The notes: a model not told the origin generated them from the letters alone. A stretch of 64,000 bases of DNA from Thermoplasmata archaeon (GCA_034667725.1 JAXDQS010000003.1:544001-608000), one strand, 5' to 3'. Numbered from the stretch's first letter, positions 1-9,809 are shown. Numbers and translations are program-made.

Positions 1-110
1 TCGAGGACCTGGCGCTCGCCGTCCACCCCCACCCGACCCTGTCGGAAGGGCTCATGGAGGCCGCCGAGGCGCTGCACGGCAAGGCCATCCACGCCGTCAA
101 CAAGGCCTGA
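1..110 (+). CDS. lpdA: Dihydrolipoamide dehydrogenase, 3' end (partial)
   Basis: Frame from position 3 reads EDLALAVHPHPTLSEGLMEAAEALHGKAIH; HPTLSE is the C-terminal catalytic motif of E3. Stop TGA at 108-110. Confidence 0.85.
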   Translation, partial: EDLALAVHPHPTLSEGLMEAAEALHGKAIHAVNKA

Positions 111-165
111 GGCTTTCGAGAACCCGCCCGGAACCGCTTTGCCGCCGGCTCCCCGCTGGGACCGC

Positions 166-654
166 ATGGCCCCTACAACCCGGCCCGCCTTTGCCCTGCT
201 CGCGACCGCCCTCACGGCCTTCGCCGTGACCCCCGCGGCGGACGCCTTCAACGCCTACAACGCCATCGCCGCCGTGGACGGCTACGACTGGGGCTGCGGC
301 GGCATCGCGCCCACCGACCTCTCCTGCAGCGACGGCAACCGCGACATCGGGAGCATCCTCGACCTCGAGGTCCAGTTCTGCCCCGTCACCCTCGTCTCCC
401 CGGTCCACGTCTGCCCCGCCGCCGACCAGTGGTTCCAAGGCGTCGTCACCGTGAAGGTCACCACCGACACCGGCTACTGGAGCAAGACCTGCACCATCTC
501 CGTCACCATCCCCGGCCGGAGCTGCACCGAGCACAAGGGCGCCGTGTACGTCGGCCAGCTCGGCACCCTGACGGGATCGGTCCAGGCCACCTGCGGCGCA
601 TGCCCCGCCGGCCTGCCGGTGGGCTACTGGCGCGCGGCGGCCTACACCCGGTGA
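166..654 (+). CDS. Secreted Cys-rich hypothetical protein
   Basis: Signal peptide MAPTTRPAFALLATALTAFAVTPAADA, several Cys, GC3-rich codons. Confidence 0.7.
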   Translation: MAPTTRPAFALLATALTAFAVTPAADAFNAYNAIAAVDGYDWGCGGIAPTDLSCSDGNRDIGSILDLEVQFCPVTLVSPVHVCPAADQWFQGVVTVKVTTDTGYWSKTCTISVTIPGRSCTEHKGAVYVGQLGTLTGSVQATCGACPAGLPVGYWRAAAYTR

Positions 655-704
655 GCGGTCCCCGCAGCGACAAGGGATTATCCCGACCTGTTCCTACGGG
701 GCGC

Positions 705-1544
705 GTGTCAGGCGGGGAGGCGCTGGTCATCGAGGGCGGCGGCATGAAGTCCGCCTACGCCAACGGCGTCCTGTCCGCCTTCGAGGAGGCCGGCCACGCC
801 CCGTGGGGCACGGTCTACGGCACCTCCGCCGGCGGCGCCCTGGCCGCGTGGTACGGCGCCGGGCAGGCCCGCGTGGCCGAGCGCACCTGGGCATACGCGC
901 AGGACCGCCGCGTCCTCGACTACCGCCGCCTGGCGCGCGGCCGCCCCATCCTCGACCACGAGCTGCTGTGGGAGGTCGTCTACCGTCAGGAGACGGTGCT
1001 CGACCAGTGGGCGCTCCGGAAGGCGGCGTGGCCGGTCATCGTGACGGCGGCCGAGGTCGAGACGGGCGCCTGCCGCTACGTCGACCTGCGCACCGCCGAC
1101 GACCCGATCGCTTGGCTCAAGGCGACCGGCCGGCTGCCGTGGGGCGCCGGCAAGCCGGTCGAGATCGCGGGCAAGCACTACCTCGACGGCGGCATCGTCG
1201 ACCCCATCCCGGTCGGCAAGGCGATCGCGGACGGCCACCACCATGTCACGGTCCTGCTGAACTGGCCGGCGGGGGTCGTGCGCAAGGACAGCAAGCTCCT
1301 GGGGCGCATGGTGGCGCGCCGCTACCCGATGCTGCGCCACGGCGTGCTGCACCATGCCGCGCTCAAGCAGGAGGCCGCCGAGCTTGCGGAGCACCCGCCC
1401 GCCGGCGTGCGGGTCGACGTCATCCGGCCGTCGCGGCCGACCGGGCTGCACCGCCTCAGCCGGGGCCTCGCGGCCATCGACGCCGCCATCGAGCAGGGCC
1501 GCGCCGACGGCGTCGCGCACCTGGAGCGGCTGCGCGAAGCGTAG
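705..1544 (+). CDS. Patatin-like phospholipase
   Basis: LVIEGGGMK Gly-rich loop, GTSAG nucleophile motif and DGG motif. GTG start lies ~27 nt after a TTATC box. Confidence 0.9.
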   Translation: MSGGEALVIEGGGMKSAYANGVLSAFEEAGHAPWGTVYGTSAGGALAAWYGAGQARVAERTWAYAQDRRVLDYRRLARGRPILDHELLWEVVYRQETVLDQWALRKAAWPVIVTAAEVETGACRYVDLRTADDPIAWLKATGRLPWGAGKPVEIAGKHYLDGGIVDPIPVGKAIADGHHHVTVLLNWPAGVVRKDSKLLGRMVARRYPMLRHGVLHHAALKQEAAELAEHPPAGVRVDVIRPSRPTGLHRLSRGLAAIDAAIEQGRADGVAHLERLREA

Positions 1545-1639
1545 GCCGTTGTCCCGTTTCGGACACGCTTGCCCAGGCCTGCCCCTCCGTCGCCATCATG
1601 GCTATCTTCCCGGCCATGTGGATAGGGGTTGTCTCCGCC

Positions 1640-2620
1640 ATGGTGGACATTGCCGTCCTCGGCGCCCGGGGTTACCTGGGCCGTGAACTCGTCCGCATCC
1701 TGCTCGCCCACCCCAACGTGGACGGCCTGCATCTCGTGACCTCCAGCGAGGCCGGCAAGCCCTACGGCGAATCGGTGCCCGCCTTCCGCCACCGCCGCGA
1801 CCTTGTCCTTGCCGGCCCCGAGGCCGCCCGCGACGCCGACGTCGTGTTCCTCGCCACCGACAGCGACGAGGCCCGCAAGCACGCCCCCACCTTCGCGGCC
1901 GACCAGACCGTCATCGACCTCAGCCGCGCCCACCGCGCCGAGGCCCTCGCCGGCGGCTCGCCCTGGACCTACGGCCTGAGCGAGCTGTTCCCCGTCCCCA
2001 AGGGCGCCAAGCGCATCGCCAACCCCGGCTGCTACCCCACCGCCACCATGCTGGCCGCGGCCCCCGCCCTCAAGGCCGGCTTCGCGGCCCCCGGCGTGCT
2101 CATCAGCGACGGCAAGTCCGGCGTCTCCGGCGCCGGCGCCACCCCGCGCGGCGACCTGCATTACCCCGAGGCCAACGAGGCCGTCCGCGCCTACAAGGTC
2201 CTCGGCCACGACCACCTCGCCGAGATTCGCGCCATCGCCGCCCGCGTCGAGGGCAAGGCCGCCGTCCCCCGTGCCGTCCGCTTCACGCCCCACCTGGTGC
2301 CCCAGAACCGCGGCCTGCTGGCCACCGTGTACCTGCCCACCAAGGCCACCGACGCGGCTGCCGTCAAGGACGCCTACAAGGCGGCCTACCAGGATGCCGC
2401 CTTCGTGCGCATGGTGCCCGAGCCCGACACGGGCCACGTCCGGGGCAGCAACTTCGCCGACCTCGCCATCGACCTCGACGCCGACAGCGGCCTGCTGGTC
2501 GCCCGCGGCGCCATCGACAACCTGGTCAAGGGCGGCAGCGGCGCCGCCGTCCAGAACATGAACCTCAGCCTCGGCCTCCCGGTCGCCTCCGGCCTGGCCC
2601 ACGTCGGAGGCGGTCCCTGA
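1640..2620 (+). CDS. argC: N-acetyl-gamma-glutamyl-phosphate reductase
   Basis: GARGYLG Rossmann motif, IANPGCYPT active site, SGVSGAG, AIDNLVKG; first gene of the argCJBD operon. Confidence 0.95.
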   Translation: MVDIAVLGARGYLGRELVRILLAHPNVDGLHLVTSSEAGKPYGESVPAFRHRRDLVLAGPEAARDADVVFLATDSDEARKHAPTFAADQTVIDLSRAHRAEALAGGSPWTYGLSELFPVPKGAKRIANPGCYPTATMLAAAPALKAGFAAPGVLISDGKSGVSGAGATPRGDLHYPEANEAVRAYKVLGHDHLAEIRAIAARVEGKAAVPRAVRFTPHLVPQNRGLLATVYLPTKATDAAAVKDAYKAAYQDAAFVRMVPEPDTGHVRGSNFADLAIDLDADSGLLVARGAIDNLVKGGSGAAVQNMNLSLGLPVASGLAHVGGGP

Positions 2621-3945
2621 TGGTCCTCCTGGGCTGGCGTCGCACGGTCGCCAAGCTGCAAGGCCAGGACGTCGGCGCCCCCGCGCCGGCCCCCTCCGCC
2701 GACGGGGCCGCCACGGGCGCCGCGTGGTCGGTGCGCATCGTCCCCGACCGCCACCTGAACCACGTCGCCGGCTTCCGCGCCAACGGCGTCTGGGCCCAGA
2801 TCAAGAAGAAGAGCCGCGACGTCTGCCTCATCGTGAGCGACCGCCCCGCCAAGGGTGCTGCCGTGTTCACCCAGAACGCCTTCTGCGCCGCCCCCGTCGT
2901 GGTGAGCCGCGAGCACGTCGAGAACGGCGACGTCCGCGCCATCGTGTGCAACGCCGGCAACGCCAACGCCGTCACCGGCGAGCAGGGCCTCAAGGACGCC
3001 CGCGCCATGGCCAAGGTCGCCGCCGAGGCGCTCGGCCTCACGCCCGACCAGTTCATCGTGTGCAGCACCGGCATCATCGGCCGCCCCATGCCGATGGACA
3101 AGGTCGAGGCCGGCATCCGCGAATGCGCCCGCACCCTGGGCGACGCCGTCGGCGGCGAGGCCGCGGAGGCCATCACCACCACCGACTCGCACCCGAAGCA
3201 CGTCTTCGTCGAGGTCAAGGCCGGCAAGCGCACCTTCCACGTCGCGGGCATCGCCAAGGGCGCCGGCATGATCCATCCCAACATGGCCACCATGCTGTCG
3301 TTCCTGGTCACCGACGCGCCCATCCCGACCAGCCTGCTGGATGCCAGCCTGCGCGCCGCCGTGGACGCCACCTTCAACATGATCACCATCGACGGCGACC
3401 AGTCCACCAACGACACCTGCGCCATCATCGCCAACGGCGCCGCCGGCGGCCCGAACCTGCGCCGCGGCACCCCCGAGATGGAGGCGTTCCAGGCCGGCCT
3501 CACCACCGCCTGCAAGGTCCTCGCCAAGCACATCGCCGGCGACGGCGAGGGCGCCACCGCCCTCCTGGAGGTCCACGTCGACGGCGCCAGCACCTTGGCC
3601 GACGCCCGGACCATCGCCCGCGCCGTCTGCAAGTCCAACCTGGTCAAGTCTGCCCTGCACGGCAAGGACCCCAACTGGGGCCGCATCGTCGCCGCCGTCG
3701 GCGCCTGCGGGGCCAACGTCGACCCCGGCCGCGTCAGCGTCCGCTTCGAGTCCGTCCTGGGCTCCGTGCCGGTCCTCGACAAGGGCGAGCCCCTCAGCGA
3801 CCGCCTTAAGGACGCCAACGCGGTTCTCCAGACCAGGGACGTCCGTATCCTCGTCAGCCTCGGCCTCGGCCCCCACAGCGCGGAAGCCTGGGGCTGCGAC
3901 CTGAGCGAGGAGTACGTCACGTTCAACTCCGCCTACACGACGTGA
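2620..3945 (+). CDS. argJ: Ornithine acetyltransferase / N-acetylglutamate synthase
   Basis: NAGNANA, CSTGIIG, KGAGMIHPNMATML autocleavage site, DGDQSTND, DPNWGRI, C-terminal NSAYTT. Confidence 0.97.
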   Translation: MVLLGWRRTVAKLQGQDVGAPAPAPSADGAATGAAWSVRIVPDRHLNHVAGFRANGVWAQIKKKSRDVCLIVSDRPAKGAAVFTQNAFCAAPVVVSREHVENGDVRAIVCNAGNANAVTGEQGLKDARAMAKVAAEALGLTPDQFIVCSTGIIGRPMPMDKVEAGIRECARTLGDAVGGEAAEAITTTDSHPKHVFVEVKAGKRTFHVAGIAKGAGMIHPNMATMLSFLVTDAPIPTSLLDASLRAAVDATFNMITIDGDQSTNDTCAIIANGAAGGPNLRRGTPEMEAFQAGLTTACKVLAKHIAGDGEGATALLEVHVDGASTLADARTIARAVCKSNLVKSALHGKDPNWGRIVAAVGACGANVDPGRVSVRFESVLGSVPVLDKGEPLSDRLKDANAVLQTRDVRILVSLGLGPHSAEAWGCDLSEEYVTFNSAYTT

Positions 3946-4763
3946 CCATGCGCTCCTCCGCCCTCTCGCAATCCCCCGTCACGGCGCCCGGCCTGCGGGT
4001 CGTGCTCAAGCTCGGCGGCAACGTCGTGCTCGACCCAGCCCAAGTGGCCGTCGTCGCCGCCGAGCTGCGCGCCCTGGTGGGCCGCGGCGCCCGCGTCACC
4101 ATCGTCCACGGCGGCGGGCCCCAGCTCGACAAGGCGCTCGCCGGCCTGGGCGAGAAGGCCGAGAAGGTCGACGGCCTCCGCGTCACCAGCCCCGCGGCCG
4201 CCGCCGTCGTCCACCAAGTGATGGACGGCATCGGCGCCGAGCTGGCCGACCGGCTGCGCGCCGCCGGCATGCCCGTCAAGCACGTCGCCGCCTCGCCCAC
4301 GGTCCTTCAGGCCCGCCTCAAGCGCGCCGCCAAGGGCGACCTCGGCCGCGTCGGCACCGTCGAGCGCTTCGCCACCTCCGCCCTGCCGCTGGCCGGCGTC
4401 GCGGTCGTGACGCCCGTCGGCTTCGACCCCGACGGCCCGCTCAACGTCAACGCCGACGAAGGCGCCGCCGCAGTCGCCGCGGCGCTGCGGGCCGACTGGC
4501 TCGTGCTCGGCACCGACGTCGCCGCCGTGCGCGGCGAGGCCGGCGAGTCGCTCGGCCACCTCGACGCCAAAGGGGCCGCGGCGCTCGTGGCCTCCGGCGT
4601 CGCGAAGGGCGGCATGATCCCCAAGCTCGCCGCCGCCACCGACGCGCTGCGGCACGGCGTCCGCAACGTCCTCATCGTCAAGGTCCAGCCCGGCACCCTC
4701 GTCGGGGTGCTGCTGGAGGGACGCCCGGAAGGCACCCGCGTCTCGCCCATGGTTTCCGCATGA
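3942..4763 (+). CDS. argB: Acetylglutamate kinase
   Basis: VLKLGG, VHGGGP, GLRVT, NVNAD and GGMIPKL motifs; operon context. Confidence 0.93.
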   Translation: MTMRSSALSQSPVTAPGLRVVLKLGGNVVLDPAQVAVVAAELRALVGRGARVTIVHGGGPQLDKALAGLGEKAEKVDGLRVTSPAAAAVVHQVMDGIGAELADRLRAAGMPVKHVAASPTVLQARLKRAAKGDLGRVGTVERFATSALPLAGVAVVTPVGFDPDGPLNVNADEGAAAVAAALRADWLVLGTDVAAVRGEAGESLGHLDAKGAAALVASGVAKGGMIPKLAAATDALRHGVRNVLIVKVQPGTLVGVLLEGRPEGTRVSPMVSA

Positions 4764-5950
4764 CCTACTCGCCCGCCCGCTGGGAGGCCGTGATGGCCCC
4801 CAACTACCCCACGCCCGCGATCCAGCTCGAAAAAGGCCAAGGCGCCACCGTCTGGGACTCCGAAGGCCGCGTCTACACCGACCTCTTGGCCGGCATCGCC
4901 GTCAACATCCTGGGCCACGCCCACCCGGCCCTGGTGCGCGCCGTCAGCACCCAGGTCGCGCTGCTCGCGCACACCTCGAACCTGTACGCCAACGCCCCCA
5001 ACATGCGCCTCGCCGAACGGCTGCAGGCCCGCACCCACGCCGGTCACAAGGTCATCTTCCAGAACTCCGGCACCGAGGCTAACGAGGCCGCCTTGAAGCT
5101 GGTGCGCCGCCACGCGCACGCCAAGGGCATGCCGGACGCCGTCGTCGTCGCGTTCCACAACTCGTTCCACGGCCGCACCTCCGGCGCCGTCAAGCTCACC
5201 GGCCAGGCCCACTACCAGGAAGGCTTCACGCCATTGCCCGAGCAGGTCGTCCACGTCCCCTTCAACGACCCCGCCGTGCTGGAGCAGGCGTTCGCCCAGC
5301 ACAAGGTCGCCGGCGTGTTCTTCGAGGCCGTCCAAGGCGAAGGCGGCGTGCTGCCCATCACCAAGGACGCCGCGGCCACGATGGCGCGGCTCTGCAAGCA
5401 GCACGACGCGGTGCTGGTCGCCGACGAGATCCAGACCGGCGTCGGCCGCACGGGGAGGTTCTTCGGCTACGAGCACGACGGCCTGGAGCCCGACGTCGTG
5501 ACGCTCGCCAAGGGGCTCGGCGGCGGCCTGCCCATCGGCGCCGCCCTCATCCACCCCAAGTTCGCCCCGCTGCTGCCCAGCGGCGCGCATGGGACGACGT
5601 TCGGCGGCAACGCCGTCTGCTGCGCCGCCGGCAACGCCGTGCTGGACGTCCTGGAGCAGGACGGCCTGGTCGCCCGCGCGCAGGCGTTGGGACGCACCTT
5701 CACGAACGCCTTGGGCGAGGCCGGCTTGCAGGCCCGCGGCCGCGGCCTGCTGCTCGGCGTGCCGCTGCCGGGGCCGCAGGCGCCTGACGTCGTGAAGGCG
5801 ATGCGCGAGGCCGGCTACCTGGTCGGGCAGGCCGGCAAGACGGTGGTGCGGATCGCGCCGCCCTTGACGATCTCCGAGAAGCAGCTGGTGGGCGCGGTGC
5901 CGCACTTGGCGAAGGCCGTGCAGGCGCTGCCGGCGGCCAGCCCGGCTTGA
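4760..5950 (+). CDS. argD: Acetylornithine aminotransferase
   Basis: Class III aminotransferase: NSGTEANEAA, SFHGRT, DEIQTG, AKGLGGG (PLP Lys), HGTTFGGN. Confidence 0.93.
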   Translation: MTYSPARWEAVMAPNYPTPAIQLEKGQGATVWDSEGRVYTDLLAGIAVNILGHAHPALVRAVSTQVALLAHTSNLYANAPNMRLAERLQARTHAGHKVIFQNSGTEANEAALKLVRRHAHAKGMPDAVVVAFHNSFHGRTSGAVKLTGQAHYQEGFTPLPEQVVHVPFNDPAVLEQAFAQHKVAGVFFEAVQGEGGVLPITKDAAATMARLCKQHDAVLVADEIQTGVGRTGRFFGYEHDGLEPDVVTLAKGLGGGLPIGAALIHPKFAPLLPSGAHGTTFGGNAVCCAAGNAVLDVLEQDGLVARAQALGRTFTNALGEAGLQARGRGLLLGVPLPGPQAPDVVKAMREAGYLVGQAGKTVVRIAPPLTISEKQLVGAVPHLAKAVQALPAASPA

Positions 5951-6421
5951 TCAACGCCCGGCTGCAAACCCAGCCGGCATGTTGCATCGGTGGGCTTCGT
6001 TGCGCTCGACCCACACAGATTCCACAGACCTGACTTTGGTTCTGGCGGGGCCTAGCCAAAAAATTCCACAGACGTCTGTGGGAATCTTCTGAATCTGTGC
6101 GCATCAGTGCTCGTCGCGGGCCCGACTGGACACAGATTCCACAGACCTCTGCGAGAATCTTCCGAGTCTGGGTAAATCAGTGCCCGTCGGGTGACCGACG
6201 CACCTTAGCCTGAGGAATCAACCCGGCTTGATCAACCCGTTCAGCACCGCGAACGCATCGAACAAGTCCCCCTCCGGCTGCAAACCCAGCCGGCATGTTG
6301 GCCTGCCTCGCAGCTCCGCGCTCGGCAGGCCGGACGCCTCGCTTCGCATCGGCGGCGCTGACGCGCACCTTCATCCCGGCTTGATCAACCCGTTCAGCAC
6401 CGCGAACGCATCGAACAAATC
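5941..6421. repeat. Mosaic repeat region between convergent argD and the ACT gene: duplicated gene end, repeated hairpin and REP-like elements
   Basis: 6218-6268 matches 6371-6421 at 49 of 51 nt. CCGGCTGCAAACCCAGCCGGCATGTTG occurs at 5958-5984 and 6274-6300. CACAGATTCCACAGACCT occurs at 6014 and 6131. Confidence 0.9.
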
Positions 6422-7033
6422 TTCCTCGTCGATCAGGAAGATGTTGTCCTTGTAACAGGACACGACCTCGTTGAAGTTGATGCCCTTGGCCGCCAGGCTG
6501 CTGGCAAGGAAAGCAAGAATCCCCGGCACGTCCTCGATGCTGTCGGGGCTGCGGATGTTCAATTCCACCAGGTTGCGGCGGACCTTGATGGTCTCGTCGC
6601 CCATGAGCCCCTCGACTTCCGCCATCATGGCCTCGTCGGTGATGATGGTGATGGACTCGCTGCCGTGCAGGACGTGGATGGGGTGGTTGCGGCCTTGGAC
6701 GGCACTAAGGGCCTTCTCCAGCCGCGCGAACGACTTCCAATTGGGGTGCGCCGTGAGGGTGGCGACCCGGGTGCGGACCTCGAGCTTCGACTTGTCGAGC
6801 ACCTTGCGGATGGCCTTCTGGGTCTCCTTGCCGGTGTGCGGCGCCTTGTAGCGGCGGCAGGCGACCAGCACGGCCTCCTCGCTGCCGAGCCCGGTCTCCT
6901 CCTGGATCTGTCGGGTGAGGGCGCTGAGGTTGACGATGCCTAAGGACAAGGCGTCGCGGACGACGGGGCGGGCGTCGATGTAGGCGCGCACCGAATGGGC
7001 GACGCTGGCCGGCTTCTGGGCCTTCTTGGGCAC
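6371..7033 (-). CDS. Archaeal ACT-domain protein with helical N-terminal domain; putative amino-acid-responsive regulator
   Basis: N-terminal GIVNLSALTR..EEAVLVACRRY, C-terminal ACT repeat (SPDSIEDVPGILAFL...GINFNEVVSCY). Divergent from argG. An alternative start is ATG 7066. Confidence 0.8.
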   Translation of the reverse strand: MPKKAQKPASVAHSVRAYIDARPVVRDALSLGIVNLSALTRQIQEETGLGSEEAVLVACRRYKAPHTGKETQKAIRKVLDKSKLEVRTRVATLTAHPNWKSFARLEKALSAVQGRNHPIHVLHGSESITIITDEAMMAEVEGLMGDETIKVRRNLVELNIRSPDSIEDVPGILAFLASSLAAKGINFNEVVSCYKDNIFLIDEEDLFDAFAVLNGLIKPG

Positions 7034-7099
7034 GCTCCCCGGAAGGCGATGTCCGATTTGAGACATGCGTGCCCACAGGTGCCGCAAGGTCGCCGTCCG

Positions 7100-7108
7100 C
7101 CTTATCTT
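7100..7108 (+). promoter_or_regulatory. TATA-like box of argGHF (probably leaderless)
   Basis: CCTTATCTT lies ~30 nt upstream of GTG 7132. Similar TTAT/TATA boxes sit ~30 nt before the starts at 705, 19153, 39076 and 54993. Confidence 0.5.
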
Positions 7109-7131
7109 GCACGGGCTCTCGATGGGGCCTA

Positions 7132-8367
7132 GTGCCCAAGCACATTGTCCTTGCGTATTCCGGCGGCCTCGACACCTCGGTCATGGTGCACTGGCTCAAG
7201 ACCCACCACAACGCCAAGGTCACGGCCGCGATGCTCGACCTCGGGCAGGGCAAGGCCCACCTGGAGGAGGCCCGCAAGCGCGCCATCGCCAACGGCGCCG
7301 CCGACTGCGTCATCCTGCCGGCCGCCGAGGAGTTCTGCAATGACTTCCTCGCCCCCAGCATCCGCGCCAACGCCCTCTACGAAGGCGTCTACCCCATGGC
7401 GACCGCCATCGGCCGTCCGCTCATCGCCAAGAAGCTCGTCGAGGCCGTCCAGAAGGTCGGCGGCGACGCGGTCGCCCACGGCTGCACCGGCAAGGGCAAC
7501 GACCAGGTGCGCATCGAGGCCGGCGTCAAGGCCCTCATGCCCGGCCTGGTCTGCCTGGCACCTCAGCGCTCGCACCCGATGACGCGCGTCGCCACGGTCG
7601 AGTACGCGCAGAAGCACAAGCTCCAGATCCCGCAGCTCAAGCGCTCGACCTACTCGACGGACGAGAACCTGTGGGGCCGCAGCATCGAGGGCGGCGACAC
7701 CGAGGACCCCGCCCACGCCGTCCACGAGGACGCCTACCTGTGGACCGCGAGCCCCGCCAAGGCGCCCGCGACCCCGCTCGCGATCGAGCTCACGTTCGAG
7801 GCCGGCCTGCCCGTCGCGATCGACGGCAAGCGGATGCCGCTGTGGGACCTCATCGAGCGCCTCAACCAACTCGCCGGCGCCCATGGTGTTGGCCGCATCG
7901 ACCACGTCGAGAACCGCCTGGTCGGCATCAAGAGCCGCGAGATTTACGAGGCGCCCGCCGCCGTCACCGTGCTGTTCGCCAAGAAGGCGCTGGAGGCCTT
8001 GGTGCTCACCAAGGAGGAGATGCGCCTCAAGCCCCTCTTGGAGCAGAAGTTCAGCGAGAACGTGTACGACGGCCTGTGGTACGCGCCCGTCATGCAGGCA
8101 TTGCGAGCCGCCATCGACACGATGCAGCAGCACGTCAGCGGCACCGTCAAGGTCCAATGCAGCAAGGGCAACCTCACGCTGCTCGGCCGCACCAGCCCGC
8201 TGTCGCTGTTCAAGGACAACCTCGCGACCTACGGCACCAAGGACGCCTTCAACCACGGCGCCTCGGAGGGCTTCATCGAGATTTGGAGCCTGCCGAGCGA
8301 GACCGCCAACGCCGTGCGCGCCCAGAAGAAGGCCAAGCCCAAGGTCGTCGTGAAGGCCAAGGCATGA
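7132..8367 (+). CDS. argG: Argininosuccinate synthase
   Basis: LAYSGGLDTS, HGCTGKGNDQVR, YSTDENLWGRS, GIKSREIYEAP. Confidence 0.98.
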   Translation: MPKHIVLAYSGGLDTSVMVHWLKTHHNAKVTAAMLDLGQGKAHLEEARKRAIANGAADCVILPAAEEFCNDFLAPSIRANALYEGVYPMATAIGRPLIAKKLVEAVQKVGGDAVAHGCTGKGNDQVRIEAGVKALMPGLVCLAPQRSHPMTRVATVEYAQKHKLQIPQLKRSTYSTDENLWGRSIEGGDTEDPAHAVHEDAYLWTASPAKAPATPLAIELTFEAGLPVAIDGKRMPLWDLIERLNQLAGAHGVGRIDHVENRLVGIKSREIYEAPAAVTVLFAKKALEALVLTKEEMRLKPLLEQKFSENVYDGLWYAPVMQALRAAIDTMQQHVSGTVKVQCSKGNLTLLGRTSPLSLFKDNLATYGTKDAFNHGASEGFIEIWSLPSETANAVRAQKKAKPKVVVKAKA

Positions 8368-9809
8368 GCACGGCGCGCGTCTGGGAGGCCCGCACCGGCG
8401 CCGGCCTCCACCCCGACCTGTTGGCGTACTCCGAGACGACGCAGGAGGACCTGCCCTACCTCGTCCACGACCTGTGCGGCAGCTCCGCCCACGTCCTGGG
8501 CCTCGTGCGCGCCGGCTTGCTGTCGAAGGAGGAGGCCACGCAACTGCTCGAAGGGCTGCGCGCCATCCACCGCGACGTCGAGGCCGGCGCCTTCCGCCTG
8601 GATCAAGACCTGGAGGATGCGCACATGAACATCGAGGCCCGCCTCACGGCCGACCTCGGGGACACGGGGCGCCGCCTGCACTCGGGGCGCAGCCGCAACG
8701 ACCAGGTCGCGACCTGCATCGTGCTGTTCGCGCGCGCCGGCCTTGCGCAGTTGGCCCAGGCGCTCCATCACCTCGGGGCCGCCGTCGCGCAGCAGGCCGA
8801 GGCCCACCGCACGACGCCGTGGGTGGCGCGCACGCATGGGCTCCCCGCCCAGCCCGCGACCCTTGGCTTCCTGCTGGCGGCGCACGCGCACCGCCTCCAG
8901 GACGCCGAGGCGCAGGCGCTGGCGGCGTTCGACGCGGTCGGCGAGTCGCCGCTCGGCTCTGGCGCCGTCGCGGGCTCGACGCTGCCGCTCGACCCGGCGT
9001 TCACGGCCCGCGCCATGGGCCTGCGCGCCCCGCGCAGCGCCCTCTTGGCGACGGGCACGCGCGACGCGGTGCTGGAGGCCTGTGCCGTCGCGGCCCGCAC
9101 GGGCGTCGTGGTGGCCAGCCTCGCGCAGGACCTCACGACGCTGTTCATCGACGGCCGCCTCCGCCTGCCGGAGGGCTACACCACGGGCAGCAGCCTCATG
9201 CCGCAGAAGCGCAACCCCGACGCCTTGGAGCTGGCGCGGGGCCGCGGCAAGGCCCTCGGCGCCCCGCTCGCGGCCGTCACGGCCATCGTGTCCGGCCTCG
9301 GCCTCGGCTACCAGCGTGACTTCCAGCTCACCAAGCCCCACCTCACGGCCGCCCTCGGCCACGCCGTCGCCACCGTCGAGCTGCTGGTGCCGCTGGTGTC
9401 CGGCATGGAGGCCACCGGCAAGCCCGACCCGGCCTGGACGCAGCCCGGCATCGTCGCCACCGACGTCGCCGAGGCGCTGGTGCGCGCCGGCATGCCGTTC
9501 CGCTCGGCCTACAAGGCCGTCGCGGCGGCGTTCGCGCAGGTCGAGTCCGGCACGCCGTTCCAGTCTGCGTTGGAGGCGCAAGGCCTGCCCGCCCCCGCGC
9601 TGGAGGCGGCGCTGTCGGCGCTCACGCCCGACCCGGCCCGCCGCGCGACCCACGGCGGCCCCGCGCCCGAGGCCGTCGCGGCCGCTCTGCGCCAGCTTGC
9701 CGCCACCGCCGCCGCCTTGGCGGCGCGCGTCGCTACGGCCCAGCGCGCCGCCGAGGTTCCTCTCGACCTTCTGTCCCGCCCGATCCCCGAACTCCTGGAG
9801 CAGTCCTGA
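8364..9809 (+). CDS. argH: Argininosuccinate lyase
   Basis: EDAHMNIE, LHSGRSRNDQ, GSSLMPQKRNPD signature. ATGA overlap with argG. Confidence 0.95.
   Translation: MSTARVWEARTGAGLHPDLLAYSETTQEDLPYLVHDLCGSSAHVLGLVRAGLLSKEEATQLLEGLRAIHRDVEAGAFRLDQDLEDAHMNIEARLTADLGDTGRRLHSGRSRNDQVATCIVLFARAGLAQLAQALHHLGAAVAQQAEAHRTTPWVARTHGLPAQPATLGFLLAAHAHRLQDAEAQALAAFDAVGESPLGSGAVAGSTLPLDPAFTARAMGLRAPRSALLATGTRDAVLEACAVAARTGVVVASLAQDLTTLFIDGRLRLPEGYTTGSSLMPQKRNPDALELARGRGKALGAPLAAVTAIVSGLGLGYQRDFQLTKPHLTAALGHAVATVELLVPLVSGMEATGKPDPAWTQPGIVATDVAEALVRAGMPFRSAYKAVAAAFAQVESGTPFQSALEAQGLPAPALEAALSALTPDPARRATHGGPAPEAVAAALRQLAATAAALAARVATAQRAAEVPLDLLSRPIPELLEQS

Noticed and set aside
6011-6189. CRISPR array
   Set aside because: Only 2-3 degenerate units with irregular spacing, the intervening sequences resemble each other, and there are no cas genes.
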